A stretch of DNA of 64,000 nt from Lepidodermella squamata. Its lineage: Eukaryota; Animalia; Gastrotricha. The notes under the pieces were generated by a model. The model ran no database searches. It worked only from the letters and a program-made list of their open reading frames with translations, and had not been told where the DNA came from. The stretch is taken from positions 3,534,001 through 3,598,000 of the forward strand of contig JBLDXI010000029.1 of the NCBI GenBank assembly GCA_047495785.1, written 5' to 3'. Numbering within the stretch: position 1 is the stretch's first letter; each line of letters opens with the position of its first letter. Below are positions 1 through 12,927 of this stretch, piece by piece. The position numbers and the translations under genes are program-made.

Positions 1-489
1 CCTTCGATATCTCTTCTAATGAACGCCTGAACCACAACAGCGCTGACATGTTGTATCGACGAGGGTACGAATCTATAAGTGAAGAAGGTGGCTTTGGGGT
101 CGATGGTGCCCAGAGAACATTGGAATATTATGACGATTACGGCTCATCGCAGAAAATAAAGGAGCTGGCGGCTTCAATGAAAAGTGCTCAAATCTCTCTT
201 TTCTACACGTTTACGGCTGAGGAAAGTGGATCCCCTGGGTAACACCACTCAAATTAGCCGGCCAATTATGAGTACCGAGTCCGGATCCTTCAAAGGTTAC
301 GAGTGAATAACGAGTCGAGCCACCGATCGAATCGTCTTTTCTGTTTATGCAAGATGCCATTAAATTTTTTGCTTCGGAAAATCATTGTTATATGTCGAAT
401 TCGGGGACGATGTCTAAATAAAAATGTCCACCACGTTTCCTGATAATTTAATTTGTGTAATTATTTATCTCGACTTATTTTGTTTCGTC

Positions 490-860
490 CCCAGACCGGC
501 ACGAAATAAGCTGAAATGTGCTGGTTTCATCAGCTGAAATACGTTGTAATAAGGCATGGCTAGTTCGTCGCCGCTGAAATACGCTGGAGCCGATTTCTGG
601 GATGCGCACTTTTCAGCCGATTTTCGTCAAGCGATGTTGATTTTCTATCCATCAACTCACTGCGCTGAAATACGCTGAAAAAAGCACGTGGCGACATCGA
701 CAAGCTAAAATACGCTCATATCCGTAAGACGCATTGCGCGAAATTCAAATCGGTTTTCCAGGACTTGGCAGTTGGCAGACGCTGAGTTTCAGTTTATTTT
801 CCGTACAATTTCAGCTTGATTAATTTTTAGCTGGAAATTGCTGGAGTTTTACGCTAACGC
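490..860. repeat. Cluster of GCTGAAAT(ACG) motifs, probably the subterminal repeats of a DNA-transposon end
   Basis: Repeated gctgaaat/gctgaaatacgc motifs resembling the GCTGAA-rich end of the MULE at 18460-18720. No partner end or TSD is visible. Confidence 0.3.
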
Positions 861-1501
861 AGTAGCTCTCAAACTATCTTCGCTCGCGGTCAAAAATGGC
901 GGCCGGCTGACGACCTTCCCGGCCGCATTGCCTCTTGAACCCTCAACCGGCTGCTTGATAATGATAAAATAGGACCTTCCCGGCCGCACGCCTGTATAAT
1001 CGAGGATCGAGGATTGAAGTTTTCGAGTGCGCTTTTGAGCGGATTGGTTATTAAATTAGTAGCATCAGTAGCATCAGCATCAGCAGCATTTTTATCTTTT
1101 GTTTTTTATGGCTCTCTGCCGATTCATCCTTCTATGTGCTCATTAAACGCGAACGCACGGATTATTATGTTTGCGCCTGAAGATTTTTATTGGGGGTAAT
1201 TAAGGTGCGCGCCGTCGCCGTTAACTGGGTCACTCGACCCAGAAGATGAGAACTAAAGCAATAATTTAAAACGATATCGACAGTGAATATTCTCGCTCGC
1301 AAATTAATTTTTTTCAGAATATTTCACATGTATTTATTTTTGGGGAGGGGCGATTGAATGTTCCCCTTGAAGATGACCCACAAGGGGAACTGCAAGGGGT
1401 GGTTGACTTTGAACCCTTGTGGAACATTTCTATTGGGCCCAGCGCCAAGCTGCCAGATACTAAAAAAATTCACGCAAGATTTCCTTGCATCCGTTTTCCT
1501 G

Positions 1502-2051
1502 GATTCGGCTCGAAAATCAGCGTGCAGTCAAGCTTATCGAAAGGAAACATCTCAAATTTGAACGACTGGCATTTGGTGTCAATGCGCCGAATTCCTACGT
1601 ACAGACCACGTGGCGGTGTCGAGATAGAAAATGGTGTTATCGTTATCTCATCGCCGCCTTCGATATCGAAAGGCAGAGGATTCTTCACCGCGTTAAGGTG
1701 GCTCAGGTAAGGATGCCAGTAACTTTTAGCTTCAACGTAAAATTGAACTTTATCGAGACCATATTTATAGTTGCATAATTTAGCGAGTTCCGGGTGATTT
1801 TCGGCCATTTGCCAGCAGTTCATAACGGGGCATGGGTAGTTCCATGAGAATATGAAATAGACAAAAATTGACAGCGTTTTCGCGAGATCGTTGATTTCGA
1901 GTATTCGAACAAGTAGTAGGGTCAAGTCTATTTTAAATGGATCACGAAATTCGTTGAGAACTCCATTTTCAAAGGGCAAATTAAGGACTCGAACGGGTGG
2001 GCAGGCATTTGCGAATGCCGCCTCGAGGGCTTCGGAAGCTGTTGTATTCAT
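1502..2051 (-). pseudogene. Truncated Cys-loop ligand-gated ion channel (nAChR-like), extracellular-domain exon, copy 1
   Basis: Motifs ILEINDLAKTLSIFVYFIFSW, YWHPYLSHLNA and Cys-loop CQSFKFEMFPFDKLDC. Nearly identical to 52469-53024. Homology stops abruptly at 1502, where unrelated sequence (CAGGAAAAC.. on -, hAT-like end) begins. Confidence 0.8.
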
Positions 2052-2905
2052 CGTGTTGAAAAAAAAATCACACTGCTGATTAGGTTTTATTTAGGCAGCG
2101 CAATAAATCGTCATGCTGCTATGTTTTATGCAAATACGGCAGTACAGGAAATGAATCTCCTACAGGCAGTACAGAAATGTGAAATCGTTATTTTGGTTTA
2201 TTTGATGAAATTTCATTTTATTTAAGCTTGTAAGCATTTCAATCGCGTTTTCTGTCGTTTTAATTGCATTTAAAATTTTTTTGCTGACTTCAGAATTTCC
2301 CATAAGTTATTGATTAACGCATCAAAGGTTAAGGTTACGGTTATTTCCATAGATTTAATACAAACGAGCTGTAAACCGGGAATTTGTACCTTGCGAATTG
2401 AGCCGGGCCCAACCACTCGGATCCTAAGAGATAAGATAGTATTAAGCCCTTAATCCCGTTCATTTCGCAGCAAGTTCAAAACTTTTTAACACGGTCAGGA
2501 CCCAGAGCTCCAGGATCTAGATCCAAATACTGGATCCAGATTTTGAATCATCCAATAATCCATCGCCTAATGAGATCATCGCGTGCCCTTTAATCGAAAA
2601 AGCCGAAACAAACAAAAAGCTTTTTATTCTGGTATTGTTAGACACAGCAGAAGATGGGCGGCTAGCAAAATATCTAGAAGAAAGCATACCGGATGAGATG
2701 GAAGACCACAGAAAGTAGACAAGGAAAAAGCAGAAGATGGCATGGGCCTAGCAACAACGCTGTTCCAGCGAACTCGATCCTCAAGACGGAAATGCAAAAG
2801 GCTCATAGACAGTAGCAAGGTAAGTGTTGCGCGGTACGGTGGCCGGCAAACAACCGAGCGGTAGCATGAACGATTTTGCCTCCTCGGAAGTTTCACTCGT
2901 TGGCA

Positions 2906-5494
2906 TTAAATACGTTTCAGCTCAAAATCTCGCAAGAATTGAACAACTTCGATCTGGTCATTTTCAGCAGCTATCGAGAGCGGGGTTGTGCCATCGTTGT
3001 CAGCCATAGAAACAGTTGCTGGAGCTAAGTTTGCCAGGAATCGAACAACTTCAATGTGGCCATTTTGACCAGCTATCCAAAGCGGCGTTACGCCATCCTT
3101 ATTAGCCATAGAAACCGTTGTTGGAGCCTTGTCTGCTAGGAATCTAACGACTTCGATGTGGCCGCTTTCAGCAGCTACAAATAGCGGGGTTGTGCCCTCG
3201 TTATTCGCCATAGAAACCGTGGACTCTGCTTTGTCTGCTAAGAATCGCACAATCTCGATGTGACCATTTTCAGCAGATATTGAGAGTGGCGTTCTGCCAT
3301 CGTTATTACACGCGGAAACTGTGGTTGGTGCCAGGATTGCCAGGAGTCGAACAACGTCAACGTGGCCATTTTGAGCAGCTATCCAAAGAGGCGTTATGCC
3401 ATCGTTGTCAGCCATAGAAACCGTGGTTGGTGCCGTATCCGCCAGGAATCGAACAACATTAATGTGGCCATTCTGAGCCGCAATCCAAATCGGGACTGTG
3501 CCGTTTTTATTAGCCATAGAAACCGTGGATGGTGCCTCGTTTGCAAGGAATCGAACGATTTCGATGTGGCCATTTTCGGCAGCAATTAACAACGGGTTTG
3601 TTCCGTTGTTTTTAGCCGTAGTTACCAGGCTTGGGGCTTTGTCTGCCAGGAATTTAACTACTTCGAGGTGGCCATTTTGAGCTGCAATCCAAAGCGGCGT
3701 TGTACCGTTTTTATTAGCCGTGGATATTGTGGTCGGGGCTTTATCTGCCAGGAATCGAACGACGTCGATGTGGCCATTTTCAGCTGCTAAAAAGAGTGGT
3801 GTCATGCCGTCGATGTCCCTCGAAGAAAGGGTATCACGTGACCTTCCAGCTGCGAATTCTATTATTTTTCTGTCGCCTAGTACAGCAGCAATGCCCACAG
3901 CTGTGCGTGCCTCTGCTGGGCTGAAATTGCGTTTCACCGCTGCTAAATCACGGCCTATAACCGATCGAATGAACTGTGACGTATCCTTGCTATTAATTAG
4001 GACAGCCACATTTCTTCTCGCTTGATATCTCCAGTAGTGGCCATTAAAGAAGTTCACTATTTTGTCTCTCTCGTGCTTCAGCATCTCTAATTCATCGTCG
4101 TTCCAAATTTGCATCAGAAATGCCAAGTCATTGTGGTCTGCTAGGCATTTTATGTGGCTTTGATATCGCGCTTCGTCGCCCTGCAGTCTTGCGAGTATCC
4201 ATGCAATCAGACGGTAGGAATGATGTGTTCCGTACATTTTAAATTCGTCCTCTGCGCCTCGACTGAAATTGTCGTCCCATTCCAAGCAATAGAGGAAATG
4301 AATGAAAGACTTGCCCTTATTAGATGTGCTATTAGACGTGCATACTTCCAACAATGCATCGCAACTCAAACCCTCCAGGATATCACGCAGCAGTTGCCGA
4401 TGGGCTGATTTATGCTTTTGGCTGTTTCCGCCCTTGAAAAACTCGAAAAGCATCATCTCAGCATTCGAAATATTCTTTCTGTGAAGAAGGAATAATCGGA
4501 CTTTGCCATACAGATCGGCGTCGTTTGAGGCAGTTATCTTAAATTCTTGAGCAGCTCGTCGAAAACCAGCTTCCCAAAGGAGTTGATGCACGGACGATAG
4601 CTCATGCTCTCCGCCAACTGTTCTGATAACAGCGCGCTGATCAAATGCATTGAACACGTCCTTTGCCCTAAGCTTAGGTGCAAGTTGGCGCCATATCATT
4701 GTCAGATTTTCGCTGGAAATTAGAGTGTTTGGCCCGAAAAGTAAGAAGGCATAGAAGCACTGTCTATAGTCGTGTCCGAGTCGGTCGAGAGAAAACTGCA
4801 ACAGACTATCGACAGTTTGTTCTTTGAAACGGGAATCACCGCCAGTAATAGAAGTATCAAGGTCGTTGGTCTTTTGCTGGACCACTTCTTCATACTCCTC
4901 GTCCCAATTGTAAGTTCCGAACATGAAGCGATTGGCGATGAGAGACATGATCAGAGGCACAACACATTTTCGAAAGGTTAGCTATCTTATCTTCGGCGTT
5001 CGCCTTGAGTTTCTCCTTCAACTTGCAAGTTCTTTCGAGAAATCTTTCAATCGCTTCATTCGTGAGACAGTCGATCTTCTCCAACTTGTAGATGAGCTGT
5101 CGCTGTTGCATTAGAATCGCAAATGGGTCACGGGTGATGACACAGCAGGCCATTTCTGATTGCTCTTGAACGAAGAAGCGAAGTAGCTCCACGTTGAACA
5201 TGTCATCGAGGACGACTAATACACGACGGCGCTTTTTCTCTCGAAAATACTCGCTAATATGAGATATTTCCGACCCATTAAAGTCCGCTGCGGCTTTCTT
5301 TGCCAGAGCTATTAGACTTTCACGGAATTCTTTCTTGGCTGAGTCATCAAAAGATGTTCCCTGCCACTTGAAACACTGAAGCCATAGAACAACCGTTGGC
5401 GATTGCAGCCCTCTTGGGATCGATTCGTTGCGTAGCAATTTTGCCATCAAAACAGACTTGCCTACTCCCCCCTCGCCAGCTACAACCAGAATGC
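2906..5494 (-). pseudogene. NB-ARC-ankyrin (9 repeats) NLR-like pseudogene, copy 1; TIR exons deleted
   Basis: Walker A GEGGVGKS, Walker B VLVVLDD, VITRD, VHQLL and 9 ANK units. A 4-nt deletion in the GLPL codons (~4960) frameshifts it relative to copies 2 and 3; upstream TIR exons are absent. Confidence 0.85.
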
Positions 5495-5849
5495 CTAGTT
5501 AAGACTTTTATTAAGCTGGATCGAAGAAACCCCGGTATTGCGCACACTGTTTGACACTTGATAAAATGCGTCCGAGAGTGAAATAAGTATGTCAGAAACT
5601 ATGAAGAATTAGGAGCTTTTACTCTATGTGTCAATCCCAAGATATCATACGTTTTCAGTATCATGAGTCTTCCCAGTTGTCGCTGTCGATTCCACTGACG
5701 AGTGTTCATCTACTTGCATCGCACAATTTCACATGTAAAAACAGATATGCTTTTCTGATAACCAATAGTTCTAATACTCAACAGAAATCGTACTAAAAAT
5801 CGAGAACTTACGCTTATCAGGTTTGAACAACCCGGCGGATTATCACTAT

Positions 5850-6240
5850 CACATTATCACAAAGGAAATCTTCGGCAGTAGGAAACGCACGCAAATAAAT
5901 GGGAGGCATGGAGTATACTTTTTGGGTAAGAAAAATGGAATAGGTTTAGACCCCGTCACAAACGGGAGGATCGAAGTATCTGTGTACAACATCGGGACGA
6001 AACCTGAAAAGATCTATTCCAAGACCGTGCTAGGATCGGAGGAAGCAATTACGGAAGGGACAGGATAGGACAGGGAGAGGATAGAAAGGGAACCCCCGGT
6101 AGATTTGACGTTTCAAATGGTGAACGATGGGGAATACGTGACAATGTGAGAAAGCTGTTCATCGAGTTCAATGACATCTTTAGCATGGATGACGACGACG
6201 TTAGATTCTGCCCATTGGTAGAACACGAGATTCAGACATA
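5850..6240 (+). mobile_element. Degraded Ty3/Gypsy pol fragment (protease-RT linker region)
   Basis: Translates to ..VSVYNIGTKPEKIYSKTVLG.. and VRKLFIEFNDIFSMDDDDVRFCPLVEHEIQT, resembling the pre-RT segment of Gypsy pol; stops present. Confidence 0.4.
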
Positions 6241-8549
6241 GAACAGAGGGGTAACACTGCACTGGCAACGCGGAAAAACAACACTTGTGGAGGTAGTTAG
6301 GTAGTTTCATTAGAAGCCAGTGCTGGGTATAGAAAATGGCATTTTTTTCTCACACCGTAATTCCGGACACCCCTGTACTTGTATTAGTCGAAACGGTTAC
6401 TGTTTTTGTCATTAACGACAGTGTTCACGGCACGGCAGCGTACTCCTTTTGGAAACGCCATCGATGGTAACAGCGAACACCGCTTAGGTTATCATATCCG
6501 ACGCGCTTGTTGTAAGCGACTTCTTGAGCGGTAGTTGAAACACCGCTAGTACTGATCTGCGCTGCGGGTTCAAACGGTGGCGCTGATCACCGCAGTATAC
6601 TGCGGTCGTAAGAGTCTGAGTTGTGAATGGAATCTATGAGCGGTGATTTCATGCGCCGCCAGTTGTCTGAACGGAAATAATGATCGTTCAGATTTAATGA
6701 TGTTGGGTTCGTAGAAATAATATTGATGCTCGATTACTACAGGGAAGAAGATGCTATGTGGAATATATAAGCTACCATCGAATAATGATTAGTATTAGCC
6801 AACGATTATCGTCAGTATTATTTTCCATATTATTGTTAAGTACTCTTTATTTTTATACTACTCTCTATGATGTTATATACAAAAAACACAAATCTTCTGT
6901 TTTGTGTACAGTAGTAGTTTTATTTTTGTAGCTGTAAGTTACCGCCAGTACTTGAACAACAGGTTACAGGTGCAGCAATTTAACGTCAACAAACATGCCT
7001 TCCGTATTTTTTTATCTAAAATACGTGTCATCTAATACTATGTGGATACTAATGTAGTAATAGTAAAAATGATAATAATAAGAAGTTGAAGGTGAAAAAG
7101 TAAGTTGAATGAAACGAATGAAACAAGTGAAAATGGGGGTTGCGCATTTTCTGTAGTGCGTTGACTTCAAGTGGGACAGTTCCTACATTTTCTTACTTCT
7201 TACTTAGATTCTCTCGAAGATTTTGAATTAAAAAGGAAATGAGACCTCTAGGAGGTTCCCATCAACCTCAAAGACATTAGATCCCAAAGTGTCGCCGAAA
7301 CGGCTTTTCAGAGGCACACATCCTAGCGGGTTGCCGCCAAGCTGTGGAACAGTTCGCATTGCTTACTGCTAAGATCTCATCCATGTGTGTGGCCAAGACA
7401 TGGCCGACAGCCACTTGGGCAGGAAATAACAATAACAGCAGTTGTCGGCAGAGAGTGTTTGAATGTCCTTATTGTCGCGGCTACGCTGAAGGCAGCCTGA
7501 CGACGGCACTGGCATTAGGCAACCAACAAGATATAGCACATTCAGGATTTTCCTGGCAGTGAGGCCTTGGATCTTTAGCTGGTCGAGCGGTACCACCACG
7601 TCAAGGTTCCAGTGCAAAGGTCCGTTTTTTGTTAAGGACACCGGGTCTGCGGAGCGGGCCACATTGTGGTACCCTCAAGTGAGCCATTAGCTCACAAGTC
7701 CAATCAAACCCACAAACCAACTGCAAACTTAATGCAGTCAAGAAAAGCCGTACGGATATGGCGTACCAATGAGTTGGCACGCACGTGCAGTGCGCGCAAT
7801 TGGCGCACACCGCCACGCTCTAACATAGGGCATCAGCCCAAGTGAGAGTTGAAGCCAGGATGCGTACCTGGCGGCTGATACCAGCCAAGCGGGCATTGCC
7901 TGCTTATTGGTTCCTGCCCTCAGGACCGGAGGCTCACCTAGGGCGCGGACTCCATCCGTAACGTCCTTTTAGCAGATGTCAAGGCACTAAAGTTTAAGGG
8001 ATCGTTGAGGACGCCTGACGCCGTGCGTAAAGGGCCTCATTTCGACTTACGTGCAAGCATTACCTTGATTGCATCGAATTCTTCGAGCGGCTGCAAAATC
8101 TCACGATGTCAAAGATTTCACCAAACCCCACTTTTCACTTGTTAACAGTCGTCAAATGTAATAAATATGCATGTTAATGCAATCTGTAGCGATAAAAAAC
8201 CTACTTAGCCTTAATGCACACGTATCTTCAACAAGTTGTGATAGTGGAAACCGGAAAGCGTCTTGCCGGCGTGTTTAGTGAAAGTTGTTTGAATAAACAA
8301 TATAGAATTGTCTTCAAAAATATAAGTCGAGTAGCTTGGCCAATTCGATATTTTACGGTATAACATTCGTAAATCGTTTATATCTGAACTCGCCGTACTC
8401 GATTTACTCATCTCCACTCGTCTGCGACTCGTTCCGATTCGTAAATCTCGGCCGGCTCCGTTCAGATATAGACTCTTTACTCGTGCTATATCATACAAAT
8501 ATAAAAAAGTAGGTCGGACTAAGTGCAACGTCGTTGGCGGTAAAATTGA

Positions 8550-8605
8550 CAATAAAGCATACAATCGGGCTAACCTTATCCTCAGGGCCCTGAAAGGCCA
8601 ACCTC
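8550..8605 (+). mobile_element. CR1-type LINE fragment (piece upstream of 10171-10795)
   Basis: KAYNRANLILRALKG, the motif that normally precedes YVRPLLEY in CR1 ORF2. Confidence 0.5.
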
Positions 8606-8661
8606 CTCTATATTGGACATAGAGGAGGAAATATGTTGAAAAACCGAAATATAATGGCCGA

Positions 8662-9153
8662 GCCTTAGGCTAAGGCGCCTTTATGCGGTTTTTTTGCATT
8701 ACGCTAACCCGTCTTTTCTGTGAGAGTGTAGACTGGTCAGGCAGAGTTAACGCAGAACGCTGAAATTTGGTATAAAAAAATCCGCCGTCTTTCAAAGTTT
8801 AATTGACCCGGCTCCCAGCTTCGGCCCCAGCAATCGAAGCGAGCGATAAGTGCAATCGATCGAATTGTATTTAGTTCAGTATCTTGTATATTAATTGTCG
8901 AATTGTATATTAGCAGGACAATGAGTTAATCCCCTACCATCTGGTGCCCGTAGCGTTCCACCCTCTTAGCTGCGAGTGAGCACTCTATCATCTCTATGCC
9001 TCTAGTTGAAAACTTTGCGCACCACTGCTCCAACATGATTCGTTCAAAGGACCTCCAAATGCAGAGGAAATGATATGCTACTCAGTGTTACGTGTAACCG
9101 ATACTGACATCAAACAAAAGACTAAAATAAGTGTAAGGCATGGAGAACAGAAG
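8662..9153. repeat. 492-bp inverted duplicate of 19420-19911 (includes the CACTC-MITE end / P-transposase junction)
   Basis: Reverse-complement match with at least 2 mismatches. Confidence 0.9.
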
Positions 9154-9940
9154 GAATGGAATGGCACGGAAAACAAGACGAATACGGCGCTGTTTTGGCA
9201 ATTTCGAGGAGGAATGCTGCGCGATTTTCTCAACATTGATGACGACTGCTGCTTGGATGTCTCGATTGTCCCGGTGGAGTTCTGGGTGCTGGAAGATTGC
9301 CGCTGAGTGCTGCTCAATTCTCACGAAATGTTGGCGATTGCTGCTCGATTTTGTCGAAAATTGGACGGAATGCTGCTCGGTTTTCGGGCTGCGACAACTT
9401 TGTGAAGGGCTTAATTGATTTTGAATAATAAAGCTATTTTGGTTTCCACGGGTTTCTTGGGTTTCTTGAGTTTCATGGGTCTGAACAATAGACAACTGTC
9501 CAATATGTGCTCCTCCTTAAAAAATCAAGTGTCAAATATGTGAAAATCAACTGTCCATTATGTAACATTATGTAAACATATAATTACATATAGCCCTAAC
9601 ATATACTTGGCCTAGGGGTATATGCGCTTCTATGCGCTGGGTGTAATAAAACTATGATCTATGAAAACCGCGCGGGGTCCTGGCCGTGAAATGGCAGAAA
9701 GCGACGGTGGTCAGCTGTGCGATGGGGAAGCTTTCACTGCCGAGAGGCCAATATACTGGACTGCAGCGGCAAAAACTGTAGCTGACTTCAAGATAATTAA
9801 TGCGAATGACGACTCTAAGGAGCCCATTAATTTAGTTCTTGGAGAGCAACCAGTGATTAAAATAGTCGCAATGGCAACTTATATGGCAACTGTTTGTGGA
9901 GCTAGATTTAGCTTTCTCTTCAATGGAATATTGTGGATAA
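8871..9940. repeat. Left arm of a 1070-bp inverted repeat (right arm 12928-13997)
   Basis: Reverse-complement match; mirrored ORFs (9070/13798, 9088/13780, 9661/13207) translate identically over the shared span. Confidence 0.95.
9490..9618. mobile_element. End of a non-autonomous DNA transposon (..CATATACTTGGCCTAGGGG|TA) with CATAT subterminal repeats; also at ~10045-10170 and inverted at ~13250-13380
   Basis: CCCC/GGGG terminus next to TA in all three copies; at 10170 it abuts the CR1 coding sequence. Confidence 0.45.
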
Positions 9941-9949
9941 GTTGTGGAT

Positions 9950-10177
9950 ACTTTGTGAAGGGCTTAATTGATTTTGAATAATAAAGCTATTTTGGTTTCC
10001 ACGGGTTTCTTGGGTTTCTTGAGTTTCATGGGTCTGAACAATAGACAACTGTCCAATATGTGCTCCTCCTTAAAAAATCAAGTGTCAAATATGTGAAAAT
10101 CAACTGTCCATTATGTAAAATTATGTAAACATATAATTACATAAAGCCCCAACATATACTTGGCCTAGGGGTATATG
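9950..10177. repeat. Direct duplicate of ~9398-9624
   Basis: About 228-bp direct match with a few substitutions. Confidence 0.9.
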
Positions 10178-10795
10178 TTAGGCCATTATTGGAATATTGC
10201 ACAACTGTATGGTCACCCTGTCTGAAAACAATAATTGATCTTATCGAGAAAGTACAAGCAAATTTCACTCGCCGTGCTCTTGGATTCTCAACTATCAACT
10301 ACTCTAGGCCGAATTATATACAGCGCCTCAATATTCTGAATATTAAATCCCTCGAAGAACGACGCCTTATCTACGACCTTTGCTTCTTATTTAAAATTAT
10401 TAACGGGTCCGTGCAAACAACCATCAAAAATAGTATCATTGTTGTGCAAAATAATAATCGTGATCATCGTTTCAGATTTAATGTACTTAACCCTAATAAT
10501 AACTTTAAAAATCCTACGAAGCCTATATATAAAAATTACTTCTTAAATCGTATTGTAAATATATGGAACCGTTTACCGCCTCATATTTTTGACTTCGATG
10601 ATAGCCTGCCTCTTACTACGAAGAACGCTTTATTTAAAAATAATCTTGATCGTGTAAATTTATTGCAATACTGTAAAGGAAACTTAATATCAGAAAATAG
10701 TACGCTATATGACAACTAATCGGGTTAGTGTAAGTGGCCTGCCCTTCTAATCCTGTAAATATTTATTTACGAATAAAATGATGATGATGATGATA
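10171..10795 (+). mobile_element. CR1-clade LINE 3' end (ORF2 C-terminus, 3' UTR, (GAT)n tail)
   Basis: YVRPLLEYCTTVWSP..IEKVQANFTR..SLEERRLIYDL..NRIVNIWNRLP, then AATAAA and gatgatgatgat. Confidence 0.85.
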
Positions 10796-12927
10796 AAATT
10801 AAACAAGCCTAGAGGTTCCTTCTGCCGCGCTGCCAACGATATATCAAACGACCCTGAATAATTTCTGAACGATTCTTAGTCCGCGGTCCGCGGATGAGAG
10901 ATGCACACCTTTGTTTGGTCAAAATGAACTGCAACAGGCTGTTTCACGTTGAAAACGGCAGTGGTATCATGTAAATAGGTGGAATGCCGGCCGAATTATT
11001 TTATTCTATTTTATTTTAATTTTATTTTATTAATCCCTGAAATTTAAAAAATATGAAGTTGACGGTTGGAAAGGTTGAAAGTTTAAAAATCGTAGGCGTC
11101 GAAGGTTACAAAGCTAGAATCAGGTTCCAAGTTCCAAGTCGGAACTCTAAGATCAAGAGAACTCGAACTATGAGATGTAGAGTTGAGCGAACTACTTTCT
11201 TAAGACAAAAAGGAACTCAACCAAGCCATGTGTTGATTATTCCATTGAGTTGTTTTTCTTTTTCACGTGGCGATTATGCAAGGATGATCTTTGCCGTCAT
11301 TAACTTTGTTGAAGTACTATGCAACGAATTGGTGGTAGCTGACTCCGTGTTTCCGCACAAGGAGATTCATAGTCATGTACTCCCCTCAATCCGGTAGTAC
11401 CGTTCAGACTTACAGCGATGAAAGCAACAATCACTGCAAGGCGATTCAATTTCCGCCATCCTTCCGCCATCACATCCTACATAAACCGCGAGTAAGCGAG
11501 CGGAATTTTAATGGCGATCTCAAGTCCATCTTTTTTCGACCGCTGTCACGAACGCTTAGTATTCAAGTGACCGATTGGCAAAGTATGGAGAGCCGCCCTT
11601 AATTAGGTTCGGCGAGCAACTGTTTTCTTGCTCTTCTTGTATTATATAGTAGATATATTACATTATCTTATATGCATTTAACGTCGGCATATAACTTCAC
11701 CTCATGAAACCTGCTCGCTGTTAGCCTCGCGCGTAAGTGTTGAGGGAGGACTGCGCAGCATGTTGCTATCCTAGGTCACACGACGCACCTACATCCCTAC
11801 TCCCCTTCTAGAGCGTACAGCGTACTCATGGATTATGTGCAGAGAGCGAAGTAACGCTAGGGATGGTACCAGTTCCATCGGTCCGTCCGGTGAGCTCATC
11901 CATAGACCTTATGTCGATTTTTGTAATACCAACCAGTTCCGCGGTCCTACTTTGCTCTATGATTATGTGCCTCTAGCGTGCCTCTAGCGTCAAGGGGCCG
12001 CGAGCAATTGTTTCTTGTTTCCCATTGTGCACTCGAGTAGCATTTTATTGTCTCACCGGTGGATTGCTTGAAAGGTAAGTAGCATGGCGCCATCTCAGAG
12101 ACAGGCCCGGACGATGCACGACTGTGTGAAACTAGGACAAATTACGCCCGCACCGTTGGAAGACGTGGTCTATGTGAGTCTTCCAAGTGAGCTTTTTATC
12201 AAAAACGGGCCCGAGTATGCGCAACGCTGTCACCTGTGGAACGGCGGCGCCGCGTAGTTCGACTCGGAGGACTAGGGGCTGGCTTCGCTTTTAGAGGAAT
12301 TAAATTGCTGGCGCCAAAGGCAGGCCCAGGCGGCAATTCGATCGACCTCGGTCATGTCAAACCGAATCGTACGCGGCCTTCACAAGGAGACAAACAACTA
12401 TCATCTTCTGCTTGGCCGCGCGAGCCTGATGCACGCAGTGGGCGACACGAACTGGAATATTAGTCGCCGAGCCTCCATAATCTGGGTCATCAAATACGCG
12501 GTAATCTTGGCATCCGGCGGCAACGGCGATATTGGACGCTGAGACGACACGGCCGACATGGGCACGGCCACGGCAACTGCCTCCTTCAGATCCGGCGTGT
12601 GTATTGGCTGCCGCTGAGGCACATGTTGTAGAGCAGACGAAGGTGAGTCTGTAGAGGCACACCACCCCACTTATAAAAGACGTTGCCGACACCGTCGATT
12701 CCAGGGGAATCATTGAAATATCGTCCCAACACAGGAGGAATAGAGAATGGAGGGCCTAAAAGTTGAGGGAACGGAATCTACTTGACCTCTCGCTCTCGTA
12801 TAAAAACTTTAGTTCGCTAAACCATCGCGAAAAAATAAAACAACGTCCATGCTGCTGATGATGGCTAAAATGTTTCTATTATGAAATAACCTAGCCCGGG
12901 CGAGTCTCCAGGACTTAACTTCGAACC

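Larger units (their letters stand above)
1502..5850. repeat. Segmental duplication of the LGIC+NLR cassette; direct paralog of ~52469-58409, lacking the ~1.4 kb equivalent to ~56680-58080
   Basis: Colinear high identity of LGIC exon, intergenic DNA and NLR exon. After ~5530 the sequence (cccggtattgcgcacac..) jumps to the homolog of 58080. Confidence 0.9.

Noticed and set aside
48-242. Helitron Rep fragment (KIKELAA..LFYTFT)
   Set aside because: Only a faint resemblance over a short ORF at the window edge.
5700-5720. Precise intron loss (retrocopy) in cassette copy 1 relative to ~58230-58285
   Set aside because: Four intron bases (GTAG on -) remain; it looks like a microhomology deletion, and intergenic DNA is duplicated too.
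9070-9981. Protein-coding genes in the ORFs of the inverted arms (and mirrors at 12809-13798)
   Set aside because: No recognisable domains; the ORFs cross TE junctions and are identical only because the DNA is duplicated.
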